Below are positions 11,623-23,545 of a stretch of 64,000 nt of DNA, one piece after another. Source of the stretch: Cladosporium halotolerans. Lineage: Eukaryota. The stretch lies in NCBI RefSeq assembly GCF_011745625.1, contig NW_027191473.1, positions 62,001 through 126,000 of the forward strand, given 5' to 3'. The first letter of the stretch is position 1. Every line of letters begins with the position of its first letter. Under the pieces are notes generated by a model. The model searched no databases. It was not told where the DNA came from and saw nothing but the letters and a program-made list of their open reading frames with translations. The position numbers and the translations under genes are program-made.

Positions 11623-12929
11623 TTACGGTCGGCCAGAGGGCGTCTTTGGGAGGGTTGAGACTTCGGAACATGCAGAAGACAACGTAGGATGATGTGACTC
11701 TGTGTGTACAATACATCCAGCGCCGTGTCCAAACATGTCTAGTGGCATCTGAAAATATTGCTTTTTCCAACCTTGCATGGGAGCTTTGAATGGGCACCGG
11801 TTAGGTTTAGATTGTCATCGATCCCAGACCGGAGTCTAGAAGTATTTTCAAGGTTGCGTGCTTTGGGATGTCGAAGATTGGCGGTCGATGAGAGCGTATT
11901 TGCGGATGAACGGCACAACACGGGGAAGGGATCCTGTATATGGACGGACGGAGTATCAATGCCGGCGCCACAAAGCCATAGACGAATATATTCATGCCTG
12001 AGGTACGAACCGAACCCATGAGCTGAGACGAAGAACGGTCGTCGCGACTCCTCAGGCAGCTACAGCCTCAGGCATTCAGCCACTCAAAGCGGATCTCGCA
12101 CCGAGCTCGCGGTCTGCCGGTCTCAGACACAGCTACCGAGCACCGCCATTCATTCTCCCGCTCCATCTGTGGATTTCATCAATGACCTCGTCCAATTTCA
12201 CGATCACGATCAAACCATCATAATACGTAGCATTAAAGTCATTCCAGACCAATAGCCTCGAGTTACTCCCTCGCGAACCACGGTACCGCCCACCGCCGGC
12301 AGTCTCGCCTGGTGCCCGCCGTTTCGCCATGACGCCGGGCGACATGTGGCCTGCAACCTGCAGAGCACGACAGCCACACGTCAGCGCCGCGACGCCGCGC
12401 GTGGCTGTCGATGCCTCGATGCGCCGCAGGTGGCTCGATCCGCATGACACGAGCGGATCCACAGTGCGCGCTGCAGGGGGGTGTCCTCGGTGTCCTTTGA
12501 CGAGGGCTGGAAAGTGGAGAGAGTACAGTACCTAGTGGAGAGGGGCAGCGGCTGCTCGCTTCGTGGCTGAGAGCTGGCTGGGCTTGAGGCGCATTGCGTC
12601 AAGCTGCGTCGTGCTGCGCTGCGTTGCGTTGCGTCGCTTGCCAGCGAGCAGCAAACAGGTTTGTTGCCCGCACCCGAGCATCCCGGCCAAGGACAGACAG
12701 CCTTTCGCGGGAACCCAGTGCGTCTAGCGGACCTAGTAGTCTCAGAGCTCCTCTCGTCCTCTCCTGTCCTGTCTATTTCCATCTGCTCTTACCATTGCAA
12801 CTGACCCTACCCCGGCTTGCGACTGCGCTGTGGGAAGTCACCGGTACATCTGACCTTCACGACACCTCTCTCTGGAGCAATTGAGAAACACCTCGGAACA
12901 CAACACCTTCAGCAACCGCAACCGCAACC

Positions 12930-13622
12930 ATGTCGGAGCAGCAGAAGACTCCCGCGAAGAAGACCCCCAAGAAGCTGGGCGGCAAGAAGGAGCCCGCTCA
13001 GCAGCCCACGCCCGACCAGACCGACGACGCCGAGGTCGAGGGTGAGGCTGGTGCCGAAGGCGGCGTGAGCGCGGAAGCCAACGCAGACGCCGATGCCAGC
13101 GCAAGCGCCAATGCCGGCGGCGGAGCGGGCGCGGGCGCGGGCGCCGACGCTGACGGCGAGGAAGACGCTGAGCCGGAACCCCAGCAGCAGCGCCAGCAGT
13201 CGCGACGCCGCCAGAGCCGCGGCCGTGGACGCCGGGGCGGCGGTGAGAGCGACGGCGAGTCTGTTGCCAGGTCGGACGTGAGCGCGTCCGGCGGTCGCCG
13301 ACAGCGCCAGAGGCAGAAGAAGCAGCAGCAGACGAAGAACTCGCAGGGCGGCCCGCTCGACGACATCACCGAGAACGTGCCCGGCGGCGAGCTGGTCAAC
13401 GGCGCCGGCGACATGGTGCAGAACACCGCCGGCGACGCCGTCAACAAGGTCGGCGACACCGCCGGCCAGGCGCTGGGTGGCCTCACTGGCGGCAAGAAGG
13501 GCGGCGAGGAGGAGGAGGGCGGCGGAGAGCAGCTGCGTCTGAGATTGGAGCTCAACCTCGACATTGAGATCCAGCTCAAGGCCAAGATTCACGGTGACCT
13601 GACGCTTGGTCTGCTGAACTAG
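12930..13622 (+). CDS. Hydrophilic low-complexity (LEA-like) protein with conserved C-terminal LRLRLELNLDIEIQLKAKIHGDLTLGLL motif
   Basis: 230-aa ORF with strong GC3 bias and a CAACCATG start context. Disordered acidic/Gly/Arg-Gln body, LEA-like GDAVNKVGDTAG segment, motif at 13533..13616. Confidence 0.8.
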   Translation: MSEQQKTPAKKTPKKLGGKKEPAQQPTPDQTDDAEVEGEAGAEGGVSAEANADADASASANAGGGAGAGAGADADGEEDAEPEPQQQRQQSRRRQSRGRGRRGGGESDGESVARSDVSASGGRRQRQRQKKQQQTKNSQGGPLDDITENVPGGELVNGAGDMVQNTAGDAVNKVGDTAGQALGGLTGGKKGGEEEEGGGEQLRLRLELNLDIEIQLKAKIHGDLTLGLLN

Positions 13623-14769
13623 AGGGTTTGCGCGAGTTGGAAATGCGAACAAAAAAGACTTGACGCTTTTGACGATTTCGTTTCGATGGTTTTTCTTTTT
13701 TTATCTGACAGCTAGGATGGCTTGACGGCTGGCGTTGCTTGGAGTGTTCGCGCTGGACAATTATTGTACATCTATTCTATACGCAGCTATTCGATGGCAA
13801 TGCAATTTTCACAATCTACGATACGCCTCATTGAACTTCGTTAAATTCCATGATCCCTTACACGGCCACAGCATTCACTGTAAGCCCCATCGCAGCCTCG
13901 AATGGCGCATTCGGTACTGTGCCGTCTGTGGCTGCACACACTGCCGTCCCATCTCACATTCCCCAAAATCACCCTCGCACGCCTCGCTCCCCATCCACGC
14001 ACCCAGAGCCAACCCGCTCGGCTCTCCCTGCCAGCTCGCATTCACGATGACGACTGCCTCCCACTTCCACTCCGCCGATTACCAAACCCATGCAAACCTT
14101 CCCGCGCAATCTCTGCCCTCGCTTCCACGACGCCCCAGCCACCAGCCCGGATCGAGCAGCCACGCCCACCTCGGCGCGCGCACCGAGTCGCATATTCCCC
14201 GAGGCGTAGGGTGGGAAGTGGGGCCTTTACGAAACGCGCGCCGTTGCGGTCGAGGCACCGCGCGTTGCGCTGACTTCATCGCGCGTTGAGTTTGTGGGGC
14301 GCGCAGCAGCCGGTGATGTGTGGCGCATGTCATCCCTGTCGCTGCCGCGGGGGCTCATTCGATCATCGCGCGCGCAGAAACCGGTTTCGAGCGGGCGTGG
14401 CGGATGCACTGCTGCGCTGCGCTGGAGAGCTCCGGGGCGAGCTTGCTGGTGGCATGCTCGGTGACATGGCCTGCTGGTACGCTTGCTGAGTGCTGCGCGG
14501 CGGACGTCGGTCTGGTCTCGTCTCTCTGGCTGCTGCTGCTACCGAGAGTCCTGCTCTTGCTGCTTGTTCTTGCTCTCGACTCCGCTTGCTGGGCAATTGA
14601 TCTGCTGGATTTGATCTTCTTTTGCTGCGAGACGACCAAGGTCTATTGAATAGCTTGACGAGGACGACGATATCGACGACTACCTACACGACACACCAAT
14701 CTTACCCTCCCGAACCCTCCCTCCTGCACCGCCACCTGAATTCCCCAAACCGCCTCCCAATCGCCCACC

Positions 14770-15566
14770 ATGGCGAAAAAGGACTGGGACCGCCAGTACC
14801 ACGACCAAGCCGAGTCCGAAGGCGAGCAAGCCGACATCGACCGCCGCAAGGCGCAGCTCATCGCCCGACAAGCCGAAGACGGCGGCCCCGAGCGCCAGCA
14901 TGACCTCGAACCCACCAAAGCCCGCACCGTCACAGAGCAGAAGAAGCTCGACAACCTGATCGCCATGCAGCGGCGCGAGGAGGGCATGCAGACGAACCGG
15001 TCGCGCAGCACCTCGCGCCGCGACCGCCGCAAGCGCATCCAGAAGGCCATGCAGGACGGCAAGTACATGCACACGTCGTCGCTCGAGGGCATCGAGGAGG
15101 CCGACGCCAGCATGGAGCTGCACTCCCAGCGGCCGTTTGAGCGCATCGGGCCCGACAGCACGTCCATGGACGGCCCCGTCACGCATGCTCGTGCCATGCG
15201 CGGCGAGATCCCGCTGCGCGGCAGCGATCCCAGGCAGCCGAAGTACATCCCCGAGGACCAGAGGCAGACGATGGGCGGCAGCGGCAACCTGGGCGACAAC
15301 GACGGGTTGAAGCTGTCGCTGGAGGCCAACCTGGACATCGAGATTGAGCTGAAGGCTTCGATTCGTGGCGACTTGACGCTGAGTTTGTTGTACGTCTCAC
15401 CCACTGTTTCTCTTCCCTTTCGTGTGTTGCCCCCCGTTTTGCGTTTGGGCACTTTCCCGACACTATACCCCACCGCGATTGCTTTTCCAAAGATGTATTC
15501 AAATCCAGCCTTCGAATGTCATTCTCACCTATCCGACACAGCGAGTAACCGTCAACTAGTGCGTAA
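14770..15566 (+). CDS. Second hydrophilic protein with the same C-terminal motif (LKLSLEANLDIEIELKASIRGDLTLSL)
   Basis: ATG in CACCATGG context; motif at 15307..15389. Probable intron from GTACGT at 15390 to AG at 15541 or 15559, followed by a tiny exon and TAA (ends ..FE* or ..FA*). Coding-like codon bias stops at the donor. Confidence 0.7.
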
Positions 15567-16384
15567 ACCAAGGAAGAAACGACGAAAAAAAGCGCCACGA
15601 ATTCGATGGCGGAACCCCTTCGCCTTCGACCTTCACGAATTTCCAGCTCGACGCACGAACGAAACCAGATCAACAACTATCGAATTTTCCTTGGAAGCAA
15701 TCGCACTTACAAGCGGGTATCCCGACTTTTGGGGATATTCCGACTACGAGAAACTTCACGCGAGAGCGACAAAGCAAGACTGGCAGGAGGGGCTGACGTG
15801 AGGCGCGATTGTACAACTTTGTTCATCTTTTCTCAATGACCGGGTGTTTTTGTCGTCTGGCGTGCTTGGGGTTCTTCTGTTTGATTGATGAGAGCCTTTT
15901 GCGGCCTCTGTTGGGTACCGGGATTTGTTATTATTTGGTATATACTATATTTATGACGAGACATATGTGGTCTAACTATCCTCGATTTTGATGCCAGTGG
16001 GTACTTGGTGCTGTAGATCATCGAAGCAATCGTTGTGCTCTGCCTTGTGTGGCTCCTTGAGAGCTGCGCAGCTGCGTTGGTGAGCTTCGCCGACAAAAGC
16101 GGCCTATTCACTCTTCAGCCATAATGATTTTAGCCATTTCTCATGGACCAAACCCCTGAGAGACGTTGAATGTCTTTCTACGCTGCTTCCACCACGTACA
16201 AGACTCCTCGAACTGTCCCTAGACATCTCCCCTCTGATCCATCTCCGTCCGTCGTGGACCCGTCGGCCGCCAAGCCGAAGCCGGACCTCACCTCTCGACT
16301 TCCGGCTGCGTTATCAGATGTCTTTCAACAACCAACGATCAAACTGCCGGAGGCTCCGCACGCAGGAGCCAGGCCACGCCGACG

Positions 16385-17235
16385 ATGAGTGAGAAACAAG
16401 CCCAAGATGCTGCGGCGCAGCAGCGGATCGTCAGCCACATGCAGGCGGACCACCATGATTCTGTGAGTTTGCCACGTCTCGAATGCCGGACCTTGAAAGA
16501 TCTACAGTTGTATGCTCTGTATCCCAAAGGGGATTCTGATAAAAGAAAAAGATTGAGCCCTTTGAATCATTTAGAATTCCAAGCAATCAGAAAAATGCAA
16601 CATCTAGCAAAGACCCACCCAAACTGACCCCCCCTCCTCCCACATAGATCGTCCGCTACCTCGAACACTACCGCTCGCTCCCCGCCCTCGCCGCCGGCGC
16701 CGCCCGCCTGCACTCCATCGACCTAAACGGCATGACCATCCACGCCTTCCCCAACGCCCACCGCATCCCCTTCGACCCGCCCCTCTCCTCCTACCGCGAC
16801 GCGCGCGCCCGCCTCGTAGCCATGGACGCCGAGTGCCGGCTCGCCCTCCGCCGCTCCGACACGACCATCTCCGAGTTCCTCTACCCCTCCGGCACCTATG
16901 CGCTCGAAGTCCTCATCGTGGCCGCCACGTTCGCAGCCTACAGCTCGCGGCGCTGGTTCGCGCCGGCGGGGCCTGTCGCGGGGCTGCTGGGCGAGGGCTT
17001 CGCGGGGTTCAGCTGGACGATCCAGCCGTGGTTGTTCTGGGGCATGGTGGCGATTCATGCGGCGGAGCTGGCGTGGTTTGTGCCGGCGAGGCTGAGGCGG
17101 CATTCGGTGAATGTGCGGCGGAGGGAGTTTTGGCTGTGGTGCGCGGCGGAGTTTCTGGGCGGGGTGTTTTGCTCGCGGAGGTTTGATGCGCTTGTGGAGA
17201 GGAGGAGGAGGGAGGCGGAGGGGAGGAAGCATTGA
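16385..17235 (+). CDS. DUF2470-domain membrane protein
   Basis: Exon 1 16385..16462 (RIVSHMQADHHDS). Intron 16463..16647 (GTGAGT...CTGAC...TAG). Exon 2 IVRYLEHY...IPFDPPLSSYRDARARLVAMD, followed by TM segments. Confidence 0.8.
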
Positions 17236-17451
17236 GCGGATTTATCATTGGGTTGAAGCTTAGCTAGGCGCGAATAGCAGGAGGAGGTAGAATACGTCAC
17301 GGATAGAAGACTGACGTATCATCCTGGTAGTGATTGTTAAATAGTATCCTACACGTTACGAGATTTATCTTTGGGGTAATCCTTTATTACCTGCTATTTA
17401 CTTATTAGTAGTATAAGGATGTAGCTGATTAGAAGAGCGCTTCAAATAACC

Positions 17452-17960
17452 GTGCTAATCCTTCCCCATGATGATATACTATTTGAAAAGGAGGGGATAT
17501 CTATGATACTCAAAAGGATATACTCTTACAAACCATCGCTAGTATATTACGATTCTATCAACGAGCGCTTGACGCTTACATACAAGGCTATTAGCAGAAT
17601 GTCGGATATTAAGCAGATTCAAAGGCACATCTCGGACGAGGCGAGGTATACGTACAAGAGCGAGTCAAGTTTGCTACGTAACGGGCAACTATAGATGTTA
17701 TTTGGGAGGTCACGAAGACGGTGCAGCACTAGGTGAGTGAGCTTAGTGTGCTAGGAGATGAAGAGTATCATAGAGCATGAGATCATGAACATCGTGGACG
17801 AGGAAGTCGCCGCTATCATTCAGCAGCGTGTCGCCGGCATAGCTGAATAGCAGGTCACTAGGATTGTTTAGCAGCAGATCATCATGTCAGTCAAACGGAA
17901 GGTCGCTTCAATCGTCCAAAAGCAGATTTCAGCTATTGTCTAAAGAAGCTATCCAGCATT
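17452..17960 (+). pseudogene. Degraded, RIP-like mutated ORF with 8-residue amphipathic repeats
   Basis: Frame from 17761 reads IVDEEVAA IIQQRVAG IAE*QVTR IV*QQIIM SVKRKVAS IVQKQISA IV*RS. The stops TAG/TAA sit where CAG/CAA (Gln) would fit. Confidence 0.55.
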
Positions 17961-18984
17961 CAACTCACCAACCCAAGCCTGCAGTATGCTAATGATGTGT
18001 ACACCCAACCGAATAGTCATCCTAGCGACTTGTAGACGCTCTTCATCGGATAATTTGAATCTGAAGTATCGCCGTTCTTGCACGACAGCTTCATGACTTT
18101 CAGAATCTCGAAGCGCAAAGTGTCATAGAAGGCAGATGTGTTTGGTGAAGCATAGTCGCCATCGCGACAAATCGAGCATATCTCAACTCCGGTTTGCTTT
18201 ACTCCACTGCCATGTTGCCGAATGGTTCATCGGATATCAGCCCCGATCTCAGAGCCAGGCTTGTCAGACAAGCGGTATTGACTCCACACAGGAATAATAG
18301 ATATCAACTTCACTTCTATACAAGCTGATTCATGGTCATTGTCTGCATAACCGATCACGCTAATGTGAGGCACACCAAGGGTCTATTCTGGAGCGACATG
18401 CAGCGACCAGGAGAAGGCGCAGAGCAATGAACGCCTCGACGATCAAATAGGCTCTTGCTGATAGATAAACGGGACACAAATGCTGCACACAATCCGAACG
18501 GTGAGCATAAGCCATCTCGACGCATCACCGCTCATCAAATCATACTAGGTCCACCATGAACTCGCTGAAAACCCCGCAAAAACGTGAAGTCCAGCCCACA
18601 GCAGCCCAAAAAAAGCAACGTATAACGAGGCGAATTTCCAAACACATGCTTCAGGTGTAGTCGGGAACACGGCATGCCACGGCATGCCAGGCAGCGATAT
18701 GGAGGCAACTACACAGGATGCTGATCAGTCACAGACTCGCACCGACTTTGAGCTCGAGCACTTTCCATTGACTAGATCGAAGTGGGGGATATGAGTTCCA
18801 CTCGATTGACGGCCCACGAGATTGAGGGCCTGCGGACAGCAGCGAGTACCTCGGCTTCAGACAGCGAGAGTGGAAATTTGTTTTGCTGCGTAAACGCCAA
18901 GCAGGCTCCTATTAGGCAGCGATCAACCATCGCGAGAATAATAAGCGCCCGCACAGAAGTCAATAGATAACGTTTACTACGACA

Positions 18985-20953
18985 ATGGACATACCTGCAC
19001 CACCACCGCTTCCCGTTGCCCGAGACATGCGTCAGCCGCCATGCAAGAACGTCCAGGAGCCTGCTCAGCCGCCATTTTTGACTACAGGGTCAACAAAAGA
19101 GGACAAAGTGTTCAAATTCTTCGACTTGCCTGGCCCCTCAGCATCTATCTCAGTAAAAATCGTTGTACGACATTATCTAGGTGGTCCACATCTCAACAAC
19201 GTTCCTGCTCCGGAGCTATACATGATTCTCGGCCGGTTGCGATGTCTACATTACGCAATTGGCAAATACAACGCAGGATTAGAAACGCCTTTCCCAGCCT
19301 TCACTGAATACTGGAGACACCGTGTCTTGAATCATTTGTCCGGCTTTGGTTTTCAGCTTCACTTTGCTGCGCATCCTATTCACGTCGCTGGATTGAGCGA
19401 GCTTATTCAGACAGTCGAGGACATCTTCTCCACCGAAATTCGCGAGGGTCGAGAATGTATCAAGGACGGATCGATTACGTTTGAAGCTCTCGGTGAGCTA
19501 TACCGGCACGATACTCCGGTATACAGTACAACATATTTAGGAGGAACGCCTGCCGTCTTCTACGTTGTCGATTCGTACTATCAGGAGCATCGAAATATAA
19601 CTGGGGTACAGAAGAGTTTCACTTGGATTCTGGAGTTTGTAGCGACCATGGGTAGCCACGTTACAGTGGTGAGCGTGACCGAATGCTTAAACGCGTGGAG
19701 TGGCGTCCGTGCAAGACCGCTTTCACACCTTACGTACGTTCCCCTGAGTAGACTCGAGAAATCTCATCTTCAGGAGCGAGGAGAAAGCTACACCAAGTAT
19801 GCAGCTGGCGGTGCAAAATTCTTACGCTACGAGGGCGATTCATTCTTTCGTCATTCTCGACCCTCTCAGCAAAATAATGCTTCGCTTTCTGGCTCAGCAT
19901 ATAATCGGCTACCTTCTAGTGGCCGGGGTATGATAGACGTAGACCGAGGCGCACTCTTAGGCCACCATGCATCTCAGGGACTTGACGAGCCAACCTTGGC
20001 CATGATCAAGCTTGCTGAGCGTTATCGACGATGGAAAAACACTAGTTCCAAAAGAGGCTCATCGACAGATACGCTTCTGCTTTGGGAAACGGTTCCGGAA
20101 GAGTTCCAGCTATACTGCTGGCCTGCTCTAGTCGGTTTTAGCTTTTCTGCCAAGTCCTGGGGTCATGTGTTGGTCTCCGGCCTCAGCTATATCGAGTTCA
20201 ATGACAAAGCGTTCCAGGAACTTGTCTTGGCTGAAGAACGTAAACAACTGATACGAGCCTTGGTGCGATTTGGGAACGACCACGATATTGACGACATTGT
20301 GGGGGGGCAAACAGAGTGGTGCGATATTCCTACTACATGGACCTCCTGGCGTCGGTAAGACGCTAACAGCTGAGGCCGTCGCTGAGCTTCTTCGCCGACC
20401 GCTCTACTATGTGACTATGGGCGAGTTGGGCTTGACCCCCCAGGAAATGGAACATCGGCTTTCTGACGTGCTGGATCTTTGCGCCGAGTGGAACGCAATC
20501 ACCGTACTGGACGAAGCAGACGTGTTCTTAGAGCAGCGGAGCACTTCCGACTTGGTGCGAAGCTCTATGGTATGCGTAATGCTTCGCCTTCTTGAATATC
20601 ACCCAGGTATACTGTTTCTCACGACTAACCGAGTACGATCCTTCGATCCAGCATTTGAGAGTAGGGTGACCGTCGCCTTGCGATACGAATCACTGGATTT
20701 CGAGGCCCGCATCCAAATCTGGGACAATCTTCTCCGACGCGCGTCTCTTCCAATCTCCTCGGAGGTGATATTGAAAGAACTAGGAAATCATGAGTTGAAT
20801 GGAAGACAGATTAAGGGCGTAGTTCGTTTAGCGTGTGCACTTGCTAAGGAAAGATCAGCTCCTGCGCTTACCCAGGACATTTTGGATACTACACTCCAAT
20901 TCATGTCGACAGGGAGAGAAGGAATGGCGAATGACCATTCATGGCAACCTTAA
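18985..20953 (+). CDS. AAA+ ATPase interrupted by a +1 frameshift in a G7 run (pseudogene or sequence error)
   Basis: Upstream ORF ends ...DIDDIVGG. Removing one G from 20301..20307 gives DDIVGGKQSGAIFLLHGPPGVGKT (Walker A), then VLDEAD (Walker B), LTTNR sensor, DPAFESR arginine finger and NGRQIK. Confidence 0.8.
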
Positions 20954-21840
20954 CGCATTCAGGATTTGATTTAGAATTCACATGACACTACCAAAGCTTT
21001 CAGTCTGATACACTGTGCAAGCTATTCAAATCAGGCCACGGCTTCATATCAGAGCCTAGCGCTGAATCTTTAGTCACCTGACTATACCACACGTGGTCAT
21101 TCAGGATCTCATAATCCTAACAATGCGTCTTCAGTACAACCGGGGCTGTACTTCTCCATTTCCGAATTGTTGCAGATTTCTACGCCGTATTTGGCGCGTT
21201 CCGGAAATGACTCTCCGATCGTCTGCCTTCGCTCACCGTTTCGGCGTACCGATTTCAAGCAAACTGCTGGCCAAGTAGCGAGAGAGAGAAGCTGCGCAGC
21301 AAACTGAAAACGATCAGGATTCCTACGCTGACATCAGCGACAAAGAACAGTACTCACGCAGGCTTTTACCTTGCGAGCGGCCTTCCTTACTCAACCCATG
21401 CATGGAAGCACAAGAGACGACAAAGAACAGCAAGAGAGAGCCCTCGATTATGAAGTTTGGAGGTTGGCGTTCGGCAACTTGGAGCTTGGAACAGAAGCGA
21501 GTTAAGCTCGCATTATAGTGCAAGATGGCAGTGCCTTTTCAAGCTGCCGCGTAGCGTCACTAGACTTACTCCCGAAGACGTCTGCGGACGATAGGAATGT
21601 CCGTCGCTCCCCAAAACGTACCATCATCAATTGCATCACGTCTCGACTACTGCCTTTAAACGATGGTCATGAAAAATGTACGCAAGCTTCTTCTAAATCT
21701 CACGTTAAAGGCGAAAGCAGAACATCAAAGTCGATTACGAGGATGCCATACGGGATCAAGATTTGATTTGTGCATTCTAGAAGCATACCACAATCATGGT
21801 ATCACCAGGAAAAGATTTTGAACGTCTGGCAACAGCAAGA

Positions 21841-21987
21841 GTCAGTATTTGAATACTCGCTGTGGCTGGCCTGGTCATCGGCCTCGGCTTCTGGTTGTTC
21901 GGCCATCGCATCATCCGGTCGCTTGGGAACCGTATTACGTAGCCCTCGCCGACTCGCGGTTTCTTCATTGAGTTCGGAGCCGCATTG
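21841..21987 (+). pseudogene. Fragment of a PiT-family phosphate permease (Pho89/pho-4-like) with two stops
   Basis: Translates VSI*ILAVAGLVIGLGFWLFGHRIIRSLGNRIT*PSPTRGFFIEFGAAL, matching the recalled PiT C-terminal W..A..GL..G.WFFG..IIRSLG.KIT..SPTRGF..E.GAA pattern. TGA at 21850, TAG at 21940. Confidence 0.7.
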
Positions 21988-23545
21988 TTATATGAGTGCC
22001 GGTCTCTACAGAACACGGTGAACATCGCATTTAAATGGACACCTGCTGCGCCGCGGTCTCCCGTTACATGGACTGTCTCACTGCACTTTACGATTTCTTG
22101 GGATCATTGACTTCTAAACGCTCCAAGACATGTGATCTTTGATCCGTGAATCGATCCGTGGATTGATTGTGGATTGGTCTATGTATCGATATATGGATTG
22201 ATCTGTGCACTACTCCGTGATTTATCTGTTGGTTGGTGAATATTAGAGCGAGCATTTTATTTCCGCTCCGTACATGGTTTTCGTCCTGGTAAAAGGATGG
22301 TCGATACGAACACATAGGCTGGCATGGCTAGCTATTTCGTTCAAGTATGGTTTGGGCTATGTCACGAGAAGCCTCGGTCGCGAGTACCATAGCTCATCCA
22401 GCAAAAGGAAAAAGGGAAAAGCTCATTATCTATGCGTGGCCGATCTTGATTTATATTCAACATTGGATGGAACTTGGGTAATTTTCAGCTCTCGATAGAT
22501 GCTAATTGTAGCCATTGTATCCCCTATGCAGGACCTTGCGGCGCTAGAGCGAGACCAAAAAAGCAGAGCAACGTGGTGTGTAATGAGACCTGTGCGAAAG
22601 AGACCTTTCCCTAGCTAGAGCTCATTCCATGGCTTTGATGACCCCATCGGAAATGCCTCCTCGATGTTGCTGCTCTCGTTAGGCACCTGGATTTCACCAC
22701 TGAGCCTGAATTGCTTTCAATTTAAACGGCTTTGAGCGTGTGATTAAGGCTGCATACCATTCCGTCTGCAACGACAATATTAACGTATTTCATCAAGTCC
22801 GGATCAATAGCTTCCTACAGCGCCCAAATGAAGCTCTGCTCTCGCACGACTGGTTGCAAAGCCGCACCGGAGGAGTTCTTGGAGAAGTAAGAGACCCTCA
22901 CTCGCATTCCATTTTTGCTCGTGACTGACTTATTGCAGCTTGCGTACGGCCCTATCGACACGCCTCTCACCCGCCAAATCCAACGATTGGCTAGACCAGA
23001 CTGAGAGTGCAGGCCATCCGCAATGATCTAATGCAAAATACGCACGTTGTTGAAGACGTAGACGCTAGCTTGGCGTAGTGATCTAGGGCAACTCATCAAA
23101 TCGATTTCCTTCGCGAAGTAGCCCGAAGAAGGTTTTGCGTATCGTCTGTAAGCAGTTTGTAATCTGTGTCTCAATCAGACTTATCGCACAAATTTATTGG
23201 CCCCGAACGCTCTGCAATTGTAAAGACCTTGGTGTGACGCACTGCTATAGCCGACATATATGGCAACATCGCCACTGCTACAAACGAAAAGCCGCCGAGC
23301 CGGTGCGTCGACATGCGAATATAACTGCGACGGATAACAATGCTATAACGTGTTGCATATCTTGGCCAAGATCGATTCACAGATCTGGGTTTGCAAGAGG
23401 GTATTGTGGCAACGGATCACACGCGCGCTCGATTGCCGACATGGAAAGGCAGGAAAGGCAAGGGATTGATTGAAGGTAGTTAATGGGCGATTAAGGTATG
23501 CACGTCGCGTCCTATGTACTTGAAAGCTTACTGAACATCGACAGC

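Noticed and set aside
12300..14500. Shared promoter motifs of the twin genes (GCTGCGCTGCG, GACATG(TG)GCCTGC, CGCGCG)
   Set aside because: Short GC-rich matches in GC-rich DNA; unsupported without a comparative test.
16463..16647. Introner-like element (185-nt intron)
   Set aside because: Only short, mutually crossing complementary segments were seen and there is no second copy in the window; a genome-wide search is needed.
18671..18690. Tandem GGCATGCCAC/GGCATGCCAG palindromic pair upstream of the AAA gene
   Set aside because: Only two 10-bp units; too short to distinguish from chance.
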